From Planctomycetota bacterium (GTDB lineage Bacteria > Planctomycetota > UBA8108 > SXIK01): DNA of 64,000 nucleotides. Below are positions 9,123-18,440 of this stretch, in pieces. The translations under genes and the position numbers were made by a program. The notes beneath the pieces are model-generated. The model was not told where the DNA came from and ran no database searches. It saw nothing but the letters and a program-made list of their open reading frames with translations. Numbering within the stretch: the first letter of the stretch is position 1; every line of letters begins with the position of its first letter. Where the stretch lies: positions 7,520,001 through 7,584,000 of the forward strand of contig CBDCXR010000004.1 in assembly GCA_965223845.1 (NCBI GenBank). Direction: 5' to 3'.

Positions 9123-10103
9123 TCACTTTCCGATGAACGAGTCCAGGAGACCGCTGAAGTAGAGGCCGGCCCCGGCCGCGGCGAGGAGCGCGACGGTGAT
9201 CGCAATCCAAAGTCCGGCGGAACTCTTCTGCTTCTTCTTCGGCGGAGCCTTCTTGGTCACAGTCGAACGGGCCGCGGCGCCGGTGCGTCGGCGCACGACC
9301 GAGTCGGCGCCCGCGGGAGCCGCACGTTGAATGGGCTTGACCCCAGGTGAGCTGGTCACCGGTTCGTTCATGACGGGGGCGCCCTGCGTCTGGGCCGCAA
9401 CGTTCGGCGGCTGCGGACGAGTCGGAGCCCCGGCAGCGGGTGCCGCAGCGGCACCGACGGCCACGGCTTCGCGCTGCGGCTGCGCTTGCTTCTTCGGGAC
9501 TCGCACCGCGGTGGAGCTCTGTTGCCGGTTGAGGTTCTCGAGAACCATGGCCGAGAGCTTCTTGAGGGTCGGGAACACGCCCTCGCCCGTCACGGCAACC
9601 GCTTCGAAGTACGGTGATCCGAGGGGATTCAGCTTCTGCTCGAGCTCGGGGACGTCGTAGACGTCGGGGAGATCTCGCTTGTTGTACTGAATGACGAGCG
9701 GGAGCGTCTGGACGTCCATCCCGTACTCCTCGAGGTTCTCCATCAGGTTGGAGAGCGACTCGAGGTTCTCATCCATCTTCCCGCGCCGAGAGTCGGCGAC
9801 GAAGACGATCCCGTCCGCGCCCTGAAGGACGAGCTTCCGGGTCGAGTTGTAATAGACCTGACCCGGGACGGTGTAGATTTGAAACTTCGTCTGCATCCCC
9901 GCGACCGAGCCGAGGTTGAGGGGCAGGAAGTCGAAGAAGAGCGTGCGGTCGCCTTCGGTCGCAATCGAGGTCAGCTCTCCAACGTTGGTGTTCGGAGCCT
10001 TGCTATGAATGACCTCGAGATTGGTCGTCTTCCCGCTCAACCCAGGACCGTAGTAAACGATCTTGCAGTTGACCTCTTTGAGGGCAAAGTTGATCTGTAC
10101 CAT
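9123..10103 (-). CDS. mglA: MglA-family small GTPase with low-complexity linker, polybasic patch and C-terminal TM helix
   Basis: G1 GPGLSGKTTN, TEGDRTLFFD (Arg finger), TVPGQ, NKRD. About 130-aa extension ending KKAPPKKKQKSSAGLWIAITVALLAAAGAGLYF. Confidence 0.92.
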   Translation of the reverse strand: MVQINFALKEVNCKIVYYGPGLSGKTTNLEVIHSKAPNTNVGELTSIATEGDRTLFFDFLPLNLGSVAGMQTKFQIYTVPGQVYYNSTRKLVLQGADGIVFVADSRRGKMDENLESLSNLMENLEEYGMDVQTLPLVIQYNKRDLPDVYDVPELEQKLNPLGSPYFEAVAVTGEGVFPTLKKLSAMVLENLNRQQSSTAVRVPKKQAQPQREAVAVGAAAAPAAGAPTRPQPPNVAAQTQGAPVMNEPVTSSPGVKPIQRAAPAGADSVVRRRTGAAARSTVTKKAPPKKKQKSSAGLWIAITVALLAAAGAGLYFSGLLDSFIGK

Positions 10104-10133
10104 CGCTTGTGTTGCTCCAGTCCGTCCCTACGG

Positions 10134-10484
10134 CTACGCGATTTGACGGTTTTGGATATCGTCCATCGCCTGCTCGATCGCCACGATTCGGCTGGCGATC
10201 TGTGTGTTCGGTTGAGTGACGACGACCAAGAACGCCTTCTGCATGTCGAAGAAAACCAGCTTGCCTTTGCTCGCGTTGAGCGTGCAGTACGTGAAGCCGC
10301 TCGTCACTTGCAACTCGCCGAGACCTCGCTTGAGAGTGACGAGGAGCGACGACGCGAACGCCGCCACCGATTCTTCCTCGAGGTCTCCGCCGAGTTCCGA
10401 GGCCACCATGATCCCGTCGGGAGTGATGACCATGCTCCCGAGCAGGTCGGCGTCACGATTCAGTTTGTTGAGGATGGTGCGCAT
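10134..10484 (-). CDS. Roadblock/LC7 domain protein (MglB/MglC-like)
   Basis: 116 aa; LLGSMVITPDGIMVAS roadblock signature; immediately upstream of mglA. Confidence 0.85.
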   Translation of the reverse strand: MRTILNKLNRDADLLGSMVITPDGIMVASELGGDLEEESVAAFASSLLVTLKRGLGELQVTSGFTYCTLNASKGKLVFFDMQKAFLVVVTQPNTQIASRIVAIEQAMDDIQNRQIA

Positions 10485-10514
10485 GATTGTTTCGGCGAAG
10501 TTCCCTGAGCTCGC

Positions 10515-11594
10515 TCAGAGCGCCCGAGCCTCCTGAAGAACGCCGTCCACCTCTTGCTCCAAGGCCTCACCGTGGGGGTATCCGTCGAAGAAGCCGACGA
10601 TTCCCACTTGATCGGACTGTCGGATGAGGACCTGCCAGCCTTCGCCGCAGATGCGACACGACTCGAAGTCGCCGATTCCGATTCTCGACGCACCCTTGGC
10701 GCAGGTGCGCAGCATGCTTTGGGCCGCCTCATTCGAGCTGCCGAACTCGAATTCGTCCTCGGCCAGGATGGCTTTGTTAAGGAATTCGCAGCCGGCGTCG
10801 AAGACGAACACGCCGCTCGCGCCGTCGATGTCTTGAGTCTGTTCGATGACGGACTCGGCGATCGTCGCCGCGTCCTCCGCCGTCTCGTCGTCCGCCGGAC
10901 GCGCCGGAGCGGCGAGATCCGGGCCCGCTCGACTGTCTTCCCGCAGCGCGCGCTCGATATTGCCGAGGAGCTGAATCCCCTTCGGGTCGTTCGGATAAGC
11001 GTCGAGGAGCGCGTGCGCGATCTCCTGCGCGAGCTCGAGATCGCGCGTTCGCGCGAGCATGAGTCCGAGGAGAAGGAGCGTATCGTAGTTCTGAGGCTCC
11101 ACCTGGTACGCCTCGTCGAGGTGCAGCAGGGCGGCTTCCTGGTCGTTTTCGTCCTGCGTCTTGCCGAAGCGATGGAAGTGCAGCTTCCCCAGAAGCAGGT
11201 GAGTCTGCCAATCGTCGGGAAACAAGCGCTCGGCCTGACGAGCGTAGCGCCGAGCGCGCCGGAAGTTCCCGGCCGCGCAGGAGAGATCACAGGCCTTGCC
11301 GAGCAGTCGCTGGGTCGCCGACTTTCGGACGAGGCGAGCGATTCGCTTGAGCGCGCGCGCCGCGTGTCGGCTCTTTACGTCGTCTGCGACGCGCCCGATC
11401 GCTTCGTCGTTCGGAAACCTCCGACGCGCATCCGCCATCAGTTGCACTGCCTTCAGCCCGTGGCCGTGCTTGAGCAGCATGCGCGCAGCGCGGATCGAGT
11501 TCGCGGGTGACGGCTCGTCGCGGTACCGGGCTACGGTTTTCCGAAGCTTCCGTCGACTGGCGGCGCTGAAGAGTTTCGAAACGAGGCCGATCAC
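10515..11594 (-). CDS. TPR-repeat protein with C-terminal roadblock-like domain
   Basis: TPR helices (WQTHLLLGKLHF, YDTLLLLGLMLA, DPKGIQLLG). C-terminal IDGASGVFVFDAG...RIGIGDF pattern. Confidence 0.65.
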   Translation of the reverse strand: MIGLVSKLFSAASRRKLRKTVARYRDEPSPANSIRAARMLLKHGHGLKAVQLMADARRRFPNDEAIGRVADDVKSRHAARALKRIARLVRKSATQRLLGKACDLSCAAGNFRRARRYARQAERLFPDDWQTHLLLGKLHFHRFGKTQDENDQEAALLHLDEAYQVEPQNYDTLLLLGLMLARTRDLELAQEIAHALLDAYPNDPKGIQLLGNIERALREDSRAGPDLAAPARPADDETAEDAATIAESVIEQTQDIDGASGVFVFDAGCEFLNKAILAEDEFEFGSSNEAAQSMLRTCAKGASRIGIGDFESCRICGEGWQVLIRQSDQVGIVGFFDGYPHGEALEQEVDGVLQEARAL

Positions 11595-11756
11595 GTTGAC
11601 AATCTCGTAAGCGGGAGTGTGAACAGAAAAACGAAGCGGAACGACTCGTAAAAAGTGCGTTCGAATCGAGGATAGGATGGGGGTGGGAACGGCGCAAACG
11701 ACGCGCCCCCACGGCCCGATCTTGTGTGTTTTGGGAAGTTGAAGTCCGTTAGTCGC

Positions 11757-14700
11757 TCAATCGAGCGCGGTGACGAAGAGCGCGTTGTTCACGGAGCCGA
11801 TGCAGAATCGGCCCTTGTGGACTTCACCCGGTGCCAAGAAGCGAACCTTGTCCTTCGTCGAGTACTGCCAAAGCCGCGAACCGCTCCCGCAGTCGTACGC
11901 GAGCACGCGACCGTTCGTGGTTCCGACGATGAACTGATTCTTGAAAATGATTCCCGACGCCGCGACGGGGTCGGAGAGTTCGATCGACCATCGTCGTTCG
12001 CCGGAGTGCGAAAAGCAGTGGAGCTTTCGATCGGTCGTTGCGACGACGACGGAGTCGCTGTCGGCCGTCGGCGCGGCTGCGACCGGCGCATTCAATTCCT
12101 CGATCTCCCAAAGGAGCCGTGCGCTCTCGAGATCCGCGCAGCCGAGCACTCGGTCGTCGGATATGAAGTAGATCTTGTCGCCGCGAACCGTTCCGGGAAA
12201 ACGCACGCTTCCGCGTCGCGGAGCGACGAAGGATTCGACGTTTCCGGTCGTCGCCGAGATCGCGAGGATCCCGCCAGATCCCGTCAATACGTGGATCCGA
12301 TCTCGGCGCACGAGCGGTTTTCCGAGGAGTGGCCGCGCGCGGTAGGTTTTCGTCCAGAGCTTCTTTCCGGCGGCGATGTCGATCGCCGTGATCGATCGAC
12401 CCCCACCGTTGAGGAACGTGATTCCGTCGCTCGTGACCTGCGACGGGCCGCCGCGGATGGGCAACATGTCCTTCGTCGTCGAAATCTCCGCGACCTCGCG
12501 TCCCGTCACCGCCGAGAGCACGTAGAAGGATCCCGACTGAGTGCCGAAGAGGACGAAGTTCTTCCAGAGTGTGATCTCGCCCGTCACGTCCATGCTGTAG
12601 GCGACGTGGTAGGACCACACCTCTTTCCGTTCGTTCAAATCCACGCAGTAGACGTAACCGTTGCGAGTCCCGAAATAGCCTCGACCGTCGCGAGCCGTGA
12701 TCGGCGTTTCGATGCTGCCGCCGACCGGAAAGCTCCAGTAGGTGTCCTTAACGAGCTCGAGTGCGAGCCGCGGCGTGCTCAGAGGGTCGAACGGACGACC
12801 GTCGACCGTGCTTCTCTCGAGCTCGATCGGCTTGTACCCGTCGCGGCGAAGTACGATATCGGGGGCGGAGTCGCGCGGATTGAGAAGGATCGCGTGAGGT
12901 GTCCGTCCGACGCGCCGACCGTCGACGATGATGTCCGCGTCGGGCGGCGTCGTTTCGATGTAGATCGGGAGCTGCACCGTCTTGCTCTCGACGGCGTTCG
13001 GATAGTGGTAAAGAAGCGCCTTCCGAAGTTGGTGGCACTTAGCGAAGTCGCCTTCGTCGAAGGCCGTCTGGGCGGCGCGCTCGTACTTGGCGGCCTTCCC
13101 GAGGTAGCTCTTGATCCTCTTCTCGAGCGCGACGGCCTCACCCCGTGTCTTCTCCGATAGGTGATCGAAGTCTAGCGAACGGAGGATGCCGATCGATTCA
13201 ACGTATTTGTCGTTCTTGAACGCGATCTGGGCTCGAGTGTACTCCGCTCGCGTCTTGAATCGCTGCTCGCTCGCGAGCTTCTTCTGTCGCTCCCGTGCAT
13301 CGGCCTCGCGTTGGTCGAGCTCGCGGAGGAGGGCATGGGCCTCGCTCTGCGTAGTGGAGAAGCGGAATCGTTGGGTGAAGTCCTCGAGCGCTTCGCGGGC
13401 CTGATCGAAGTCGGCGAGCTCTGCGAGTCGGTGGACCGTGCTCTTCACGTCCGCGAGCGTCGTTCTCGACTGGTGCTCGTGGATGCCCCACAAGGATCCG
13501 AACCCGAGCAGGACTCCGATGAAGAGCATGATCGCGACGACCTTCACGCGAATCTTGCGCGAAGTCTTCGCTCGTCGCTCGACCTCGACGGCGCGCTTCA
13601 GTCGCTGCGCCTCGGCGGGGCAGATCTTCGCGAGGCGTTCGCAGGTCTTGCGCAGGCGTGTGTGATCACGCCGTTCTTCGTAGACGGCGGCCGCCGCGAC
13701 GAAGCACGCGGCGGCGTCGTCGTCCTCGCCAGCGGCCGCGAGGGCTTCGGCGAGATCGTTGAGGATTCCGACTTCCTCGGGGTAGATCTCGACCACTTGC
13801 CGTGCGAGCTCAACGAGGATGCCGGAGTTTTCGGCCTTGACGGCGGCGGCGGTGAGCCGTTTCGCGGCTGCGATCGCCTCGCGATAGCGATCCTGGTTGG
13901 TCTGGATCGCGAAGAGGCTCCACAGCGCCTCGATGTGCTCTGGACAGCGTTCGAGGACTTCGTCCAGATGGTCGAGCGCCTTCTCGGTGTCGACCTCCTC
14001 GTTCTGTCGCGCGAGGTAGAGATGGTGATCGGCGATCTCGCTTGCCGGGCCCTTCGCCTTTCCGAGGAGCTGAATCAGCTTTTGCCGGACGGCGGTATTC
14101 CCGGGATCGTTGAGCAGAATGCTCCGGTAGATCCCTACGGCATCCTTCGGCCGGAGTGACTTGCGCAGCCGCTCGGCGAGCTCCTGCTTTTCTTCGAGCT
14201 GAAGCGGCCGGATCGCTCCGGACGTGAGGAGCTTCGCGAGCAACTCGTAGATTTCGAATCGCGAAATCGTCGAGTTGTCGACGATCGAATGTACCGAGTG
14301 CTCACCCCGGAGATAAGGCGCGACTGCGCTCACGAGCTCGCGAGAAAGCGCGGGGTCGTTGAAGGCCTGGGCGGCCGTCTCGGTCGCGACGTAAATCTCG
14401 GTATCCGAGGGGATCACCTGCTTCAGGCGTCCCCACTCGTCCTCGCGGCGAACGGCCTCCATGAGGATGCTGTTCGCATTGAAGATCAGAACTTCGCCGA
14501 GCTGGTCGGGATTGAAGAGCTCGTAGTCCGTCGGATCCTCGCCGGCGAGGAATTCGTACTTGAGCTTCGGGATGAGAAAGATCTCGAAGAGGAAATCCTC
14601 GAGCTGCTTTCGAAGCTCCGTTTCGACGACGCTCCCCTCGATGATTCGCCGGCTGATGAGAAATTCACCGGGATAGGACGAGCCGGGAACCCACGTCGAA

Positions 14701-14933
14701 AAGGCGTTCGTAAACTGCTGGTCCGTGAGAACCTTCTGCTTGAGCAACACGCGGCGGAGAAGATCCGGCGACTTCGCCTGGGTATTCAGCGGGCGAATTC
14801 CCACCGAAAGGATGAAGAGTCGCGCCGCGAACTCGTCGCCCTCGAGCGTCAGGATTCCCTCCTGGCCGTTCATCATGAGGGCCTGAACAATGTTCGAGAG
14901 CGGAATCTGATCTATGTCGCCGCGAAATGCCAC
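11757..14933 (-). CDS. DUF4388-TPR-TM-PEGA-PQQ beta-propeller membrane protein
   Basis: N-terminal FRGDIDQIPLSNIVQAL...GILTL (DUF4388-like); TPR region; TM VVAIMLFIGVLLGFGSLWGI; PEGA IETTPPDADIIVDG..GRTP; repeated G..W propeller blades. Confidence 0.78.
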   Translation of the reverse strand: MAFRGDIDQIPLSNIVQALMMNGQEGILTLEGDEFAARLFILSVGIRPLNTQAKSPDLLRRVLLKQKVLTDQQFTNAFSTWVPGSSYPGEFLISRRIIEGSVVETELRKQLEDFLFEIFLIPKLKYEFLAGEDPTDYELFNPDQLGEVLIFNANSILMEAVRREDEWGRLKQVIPSDTEIYVATETAAQAFNDPALSRELVSAVAPYLRGEHSVHSIVDNSTISRFEIYELLAKLLTSGAIRPLQLEEKQELAERLRKSLRPKDAVGIYRSILLNDPGNTAVRQKLIQLLGKAKGPASEIADHHLYLARQNEEVDTEKALDHLDEVLERCPEHIEALWSLFAIQTNQDRYREAIAAAKRLTAAAVKAENSGILVELARQVVEIYPEEVGILNDLAEALAAAGEDDDAAACFVAAAAVYEERRDHTRLRKTCERLAKICPAEAQRLKRAVEVERRAKTSRKIRVKVVAIMLFIGVLLGFGSLWGIHEHQSRTTLADVKSTVHRLAELADFDQAREALEDFTQRFRFSTTQSEAHALLRELDQREADARERQKKLASEQRFKTRAEYTRAQIAFKNDKYVESIGILRSLDFDHLSEKTRGEAVALEKRIKSYLGKAAKYERAAQTAFDEGDFAKCHQLRKALLYHYPNAVESKTVQLPIYIETTPPDADIIVDGRRVGRTPHAILLNPRDSAPDIVLRRDGYKPIELERSTVDGRPFDPLSTPRLALELVKDTYWSFPVGGSIETPITARDGRGYFGTRNGYVYCVDLNERKEVWSYHVAYSMDVTGEITLWKNFVLFGTQSGSFYVLSAVTGREVAEISTTKDMLPIRGGPSQVTSDGITFLNGGGRSITAIDIAAGKKLWTKTYRARPLLGKPLVRRDRIHVLTGSGGILAISATTGNVESFVAPRRGSVRFPGTVRGDKIYFISDDRVLGCADLESARLLWEIEELNAPVAAAPTADSDSVVVATTDRKLHCFSHSGERRWSIELSDPVAASGIIFKNQFIVGTTNGRVLAYDCGSGSRLWQYSTKDKVRFLAPGEVHKGRFCIGSVNNALFVTALD

Positions 14934-15052
14934 CGCTGGCTCCTGGGGTGTCGCTGATCGGTTGGGTGATTCGGAGTCGTCTGCTCCGAGGTGTCGACGT
15001 CGTGCTCAGGCACCGTCGTTCTTTGGAATCTGGTTTGAGGAATCGGTCGCGC

Positions 15053-16345
15053 TCAAGTTCTCTTGATCACCATCGCCGTGATGTCGTCTTCCTGCGGAGA
15101 GCCGCCCGTGAACGCGCGAACGGCGGTTCGAATGCGGAGAAGCACGTCGTCGGCGGACCACTCCGAGGTCACGTCCTTCAGATCGAACGCGAGGCGATCG
15201 CGTCCGTATTGAACGCCGCGGGGTCCGCGGGCCTCGGGGAGACCGTCGGTGAGAAGAACGAGAAAGCTGCCGTGGGGGAGCGTGATCGTGCGTTCTTCGA
15301 GCACGTCGCCGAGTCGGACGAGCGCGCCGAGGCCGAGGGGCGCACCGCGCGAGTCGATGCTCTCGAGCGCCGGAGTGTCGGGCGAGAGAACGAGGGGGTG
15401 CTCGTGTCCCGCCCGCGCGAATGCGAACGCCCCGGACGATAGCTCGAGGATGCCGTAGAGGGCGGTCACGAAGCTGCCCTTGTTGAGGTCGTCGCTGATG
15501 TCGCAGCTCGTCCGGCGGAGGACTCGCGCCGGCGACGGATCACAGTCGTCCGTCGCGCGAAGCTGGAGGACCTTGCGCGTAATCCCCATGAGAAGCGTCG
15601 CCTCGACGCCGTGCCCGACGACGTCTCCTACGCAGAGACCGACGTGATCGTCGTCGAGTGCGATGTAGTCGAAGAAATCCCCTCCCACCTTCTCCGACGG
15701 CTCGTAGAGATGAGCGAACTCGTACCCGGCACGTTCGGGGGGAGTCTGCGGCAGGATCGCGGCGACGCATTTCGCCGTCGCGTCGAGTCCCTTCTCTAGG
15801 TGCTCGGAGCGCCGGAGCGAGTGCACGAGCGTCTGCACTTTCTGAGTCGGCGTCGTCGACGCGTCGTTCTCGATCGCGGGCGGCGGCGGCGCGGCGGCGG
15901 ACGGCTCCTCGGGCGACGAAATCACGGCGTCGCCGTCGACGATGTAGTAGTCCTCGATCGATCCCGTGAGCTTGAGCCGATCGACGAGCTCGTTCGACGG
16001 ACTGTAGAGCGTCATCGAGCGATCGCGGGCCTTGCTCTCACGGCGGATGCTGCGCAGGAGGCTCAAGAACTTCGCGTCGAGCCGAGCGGAGCGGTCCTTC
16101 TCGACTTTGAATTCGCTCAGATCGAGCCCGAGGTGACCGGGCCATTCCCGCGCCAGGCGATCGAGCTTCGCGGCGAGCGGGGGAGAGTAGAGCCCCGAGA
16201 CGACGATCAAGCAGAGATCGCCTTTGGTGCTCTGACGCACCTCGGCGTCTTTGAAGGAAAACACCGTGGTGACGATCTCATCGCCGTCTTCGAGAAGATC
16301 TTTCCACTGGCTCGGGCTGAGGGCGGTCTTCACGTCGTGACTCAT
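15053..16345 (-). CDS. STAS-like domain + SpoIIE/RsbU-type PP2C phosphatase
   Basis: VGGDFFD, GDVVGHG, AGH, TDGL, DDIT. N-terminal STAS-like (LDLSE...LSLLRSIRR...VDRLKLTG). Confidence 0.85.
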   Translation of the reverse strand: MSHDVKTALSPSQWKDLLEDGDEIVTTVFSFKDAEVRQSTKGDLCLIVVSGLYSPPLAAKLDRLAREWPGHLGLDLSEFKVEKDRSARLDAKFLSLLRSIRRESKARDRSMTLYSPSNELVDRLKLTGSIEDYYIVDGDAVISSPEEPSAAAPPPPAIENDASTTPTQKVQTLVHSLRRSEHLEKGLDATAKCVAAILPQTPPERAGYEFAHLYEPSEKVGGDFFDYIALDDDHVGLCVGDVVGHGVEATLLMGITRKVLQLRATDDCDPSPARVLRRTSCDISDDLNKGSFVTALYGILELSSGAFAFARAGHEHPLVLSPDTPALESIDSRGAPLGLGALVRLGDVLEERTITLPHGSFLVLLTDGLPEARGPRGVQYGRDRLAFDLKDVTSEWSADDVLLRIRTAVRAFTGGSPQEDDITAMVIKRT

Positions 16346-16809
16346 AGATGCTTCTCGTCGCGGCGCGTTCGCCGAGCGAGTACGCCGTTCGGGGAGATCG
16401 GGTTTGCGATGCAATGGGTCGGGGAGCCCGGAACGCTGGGAGGGGCGCGAGCGCGCGTTCCGACCGCGCTCCGCGTGATGGAGCGAGGGCGAGACCGTCC
16501 AGGCATCGGAGTATATTTGGCTCCGAAGCGACCGGCACGCGGCGCGGCGTTATCGGTTGCTACCCGGCGCGTCGGCCGAGATATCGGTTGCGAAGGCCGC
16601 GGGTTCGGCGCGTCGGGGAGGCGTCCGGCGCGCCCGTTGCACGACCCCCATCGCTCCGGCCGAATGTTGTTCCGCTTTCGGACGGCTGCTACCATCCGTC
16701 CAAGATCTGAACGCAAGCTCTTCGGCCTTCGGCGCGCCGCCGCGAACCGCGTGAGAGACCGCGATCGGCGAGGGGGCTCCGCCCGAGGGACCACGTCCGG
16801 AGATCGTCT

Positions 16810-17718
16810 GTGACCGACGACCACCGAGAACCGCGCGACTCCGCCCACCGAGGCTTCCCAGCCGACGGCGGGGAGAACGGTGCCGCGCGTTCTGCACCCG
16901 ACGGTGCCGTGGAAAGGCCGGCCGCCGAAAGGCCGGCCGTCGAAAGGCTGGCCGCCGACGAAGCGATGCGCCTTCCGGGCGAGGGTGAGCGGTTTCCCGA
17001 GGACGATCAAGTCGCCTGGGCCCTCGTTCCGGACGCAGCCACGCTCGAGCGCACGAACGGGCCGAATCGCGGTCCAGTGTCCACGCGTTGGACAGGCGAC
17101 GACGCTCCGGACGACACGGTCCTGCCGGCGTTCGAGTCCGGAGCGGGCGAGGAAAGCGCGGCCCCGAGCGAATCGCGGGACGGCCGCGAGAGGAAGAATC
17201 GTTCGTCGCGGCGGATCGGCGTCCTCGAGGCGCTCGCACTCGTCTGCGTGGCGTTCGCGATCGCCCTTCTCCTAAGGGGTTACGTCGCCGAGGCCTACGA
17301 GGTGAAGGGCCGGAGCATGGAGCCGACCTTCCTCCACGGCCAACGCGTCGTCGTTCTCAAGGTCCTCTACGAGATCGAGCGCCACGATATCGTCGTGTTC
17401 GGCTCGACCGAGGACCCGACGAAGAACCTGATCAAGCGCGTGATCGGCCTCGAGGGCGATCGTGTGGAGATCCGCGCGGGTGCGGTGTACGTGAACGGTG
17501 AGGAACTCGAGGAGCGCTACATCGAGCATCCCGCGCCCCTCGAGTGGCATCCGGAGATCACCGTCCCGGCGGGAAGCTTCTACGTCCTCGGCGACAATCG
17601 ACCCGACAGCCACGACAGCCGCGTCTTTCGGGCGATCCCCGAAGAGAAGCTTCGGGGGAAGGTCGTCTTTCGGCTCTGGCCCTTCGGCGAATTCGACCCG
17701 GACGCCGCGGCCGACTGA
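16810..17718 (+). CDS. lepB: Signal peptidase I
   Basis: GRSMEPT (Ser), LIKRVIG (Lys), VLGDNRPDSHDSR; one TM. Long disordered N-terminus, so the start is uncertain. Confidence 0.9.
   Translation: MTDDHREPRDSAHRGFPADGGENGAARSAPDGAVERPAAERPAVERLAADEAMRLPGEGERFPEDDQVAWALVPDAATLERTNGPNRGPVSTRWTGDDAPDDTVLPAFESGAGEESAAPSESRDGRERKNRSSRRIGVLEALALVCVAFAIALLLRGYVAEAYEVKGRSMEPTFLHGQRVVVLKVLYEIERHDIVVFGSTEDPTKNLIKRVIGLEGDRVEIRAGAVYVNGEELEERYIEHPAPLEWHPEITVPAGSFYVLGDNRPDSHDSRVFRAIPEEKLRGKVVFRLWPFGEFDPDAAAD
16906..16958 (+). repeat. 15-bp tandem repeat (x3.5) in the lepB 5' region
   Basis: GCCGTGGAAAGGCCG/GCCGCCGAAAGGCCG/GCCGTCGAAAGGCTG encoding AVERP-AAERP-AVERL. Confidence 0.7.
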
Positions 17719-17892
17719 GCGCGCGGGCGCGGTCCCATCGCGAGGTGATCCCGCCGTCTTCCGACGCGCGACGGAGCCGGTCTGGCGCGTGGCGAGTGCG
17801 CGTCGCTGCGACCCTACCGTCTCGCCGTTCTAGGTGAGTGTTGGTGGTCTTACGGACCCTGATCTACGGGTCCCATCGGCTGCCCGCCCCCC

Positions 17893-17920
17893 TTGACTCA
17901 CCCCCGCCCGCGCCTATACT
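17893..17920 (+). promoter_or_regulatory. Sigma70-type promoter upstream of the pilB operon
   Basis: TTGACT-N16-TATACT. Confidence 0.55.
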
Positions 17921-18440
17921 CGGTGGTGAATCATCTCGGAAGACGTTGGCAGCCTGTAGGATAGAACGAGGGCGCGCCGCTCGCCCGCACGGCGGCGACG
18001 TCGCTTGCGTTCTCCGTGAGGGTTCGTTTCGGCTCGCGTTCCGCGCCTCCGCTCAAGGGTCTCAACACGAGCGGGACTGCCGGAGTGGATCGGCGTATCG
18101 CCGCGGTTTCGTTTCCGAGGGTCCCCCCGCGGTTCCCCGCACGGTCCCGGAACGGAGACCGGCTCGACGCGACCGCCTGAGTCCCCACGCACCTCGTCCC
18201 CATCCGAAGCGTCCGTCCCGCGTTCCGTCCCGTTCCTTCGAGCGGCTCGCCTTCACAACGGGCACTGTTCTTCGCGCACCTTTGCTGCGGATTCCTCAAG
18301 ATCCTTAAATTCCATCCAGCGCACGCAGATCGTACGGCCGTGCCGATGGTTCGACTGAGTTTCAGTGGAACCTCGACATGCGACACGGCATCGGCGTGTG
18401 CACCTCGATGCTCGTCGCACGCCGAGTAGGAGACTCTCTG

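Noticed and set aside
9054-9125. mglA and mglB share a reading frame (possible readthrough fusion)
   Set aside because: Two TGA stops intervene, mglA ends in a TM helix, and mglB has its own SD
18020-18085. Partial resemblance to the 3' half of a c-di-GMP-I riboswitch upstream of pilB
   Set aside because: Lacks the GGCAAAC/GAAA tetraloop/GACGCAAAG core
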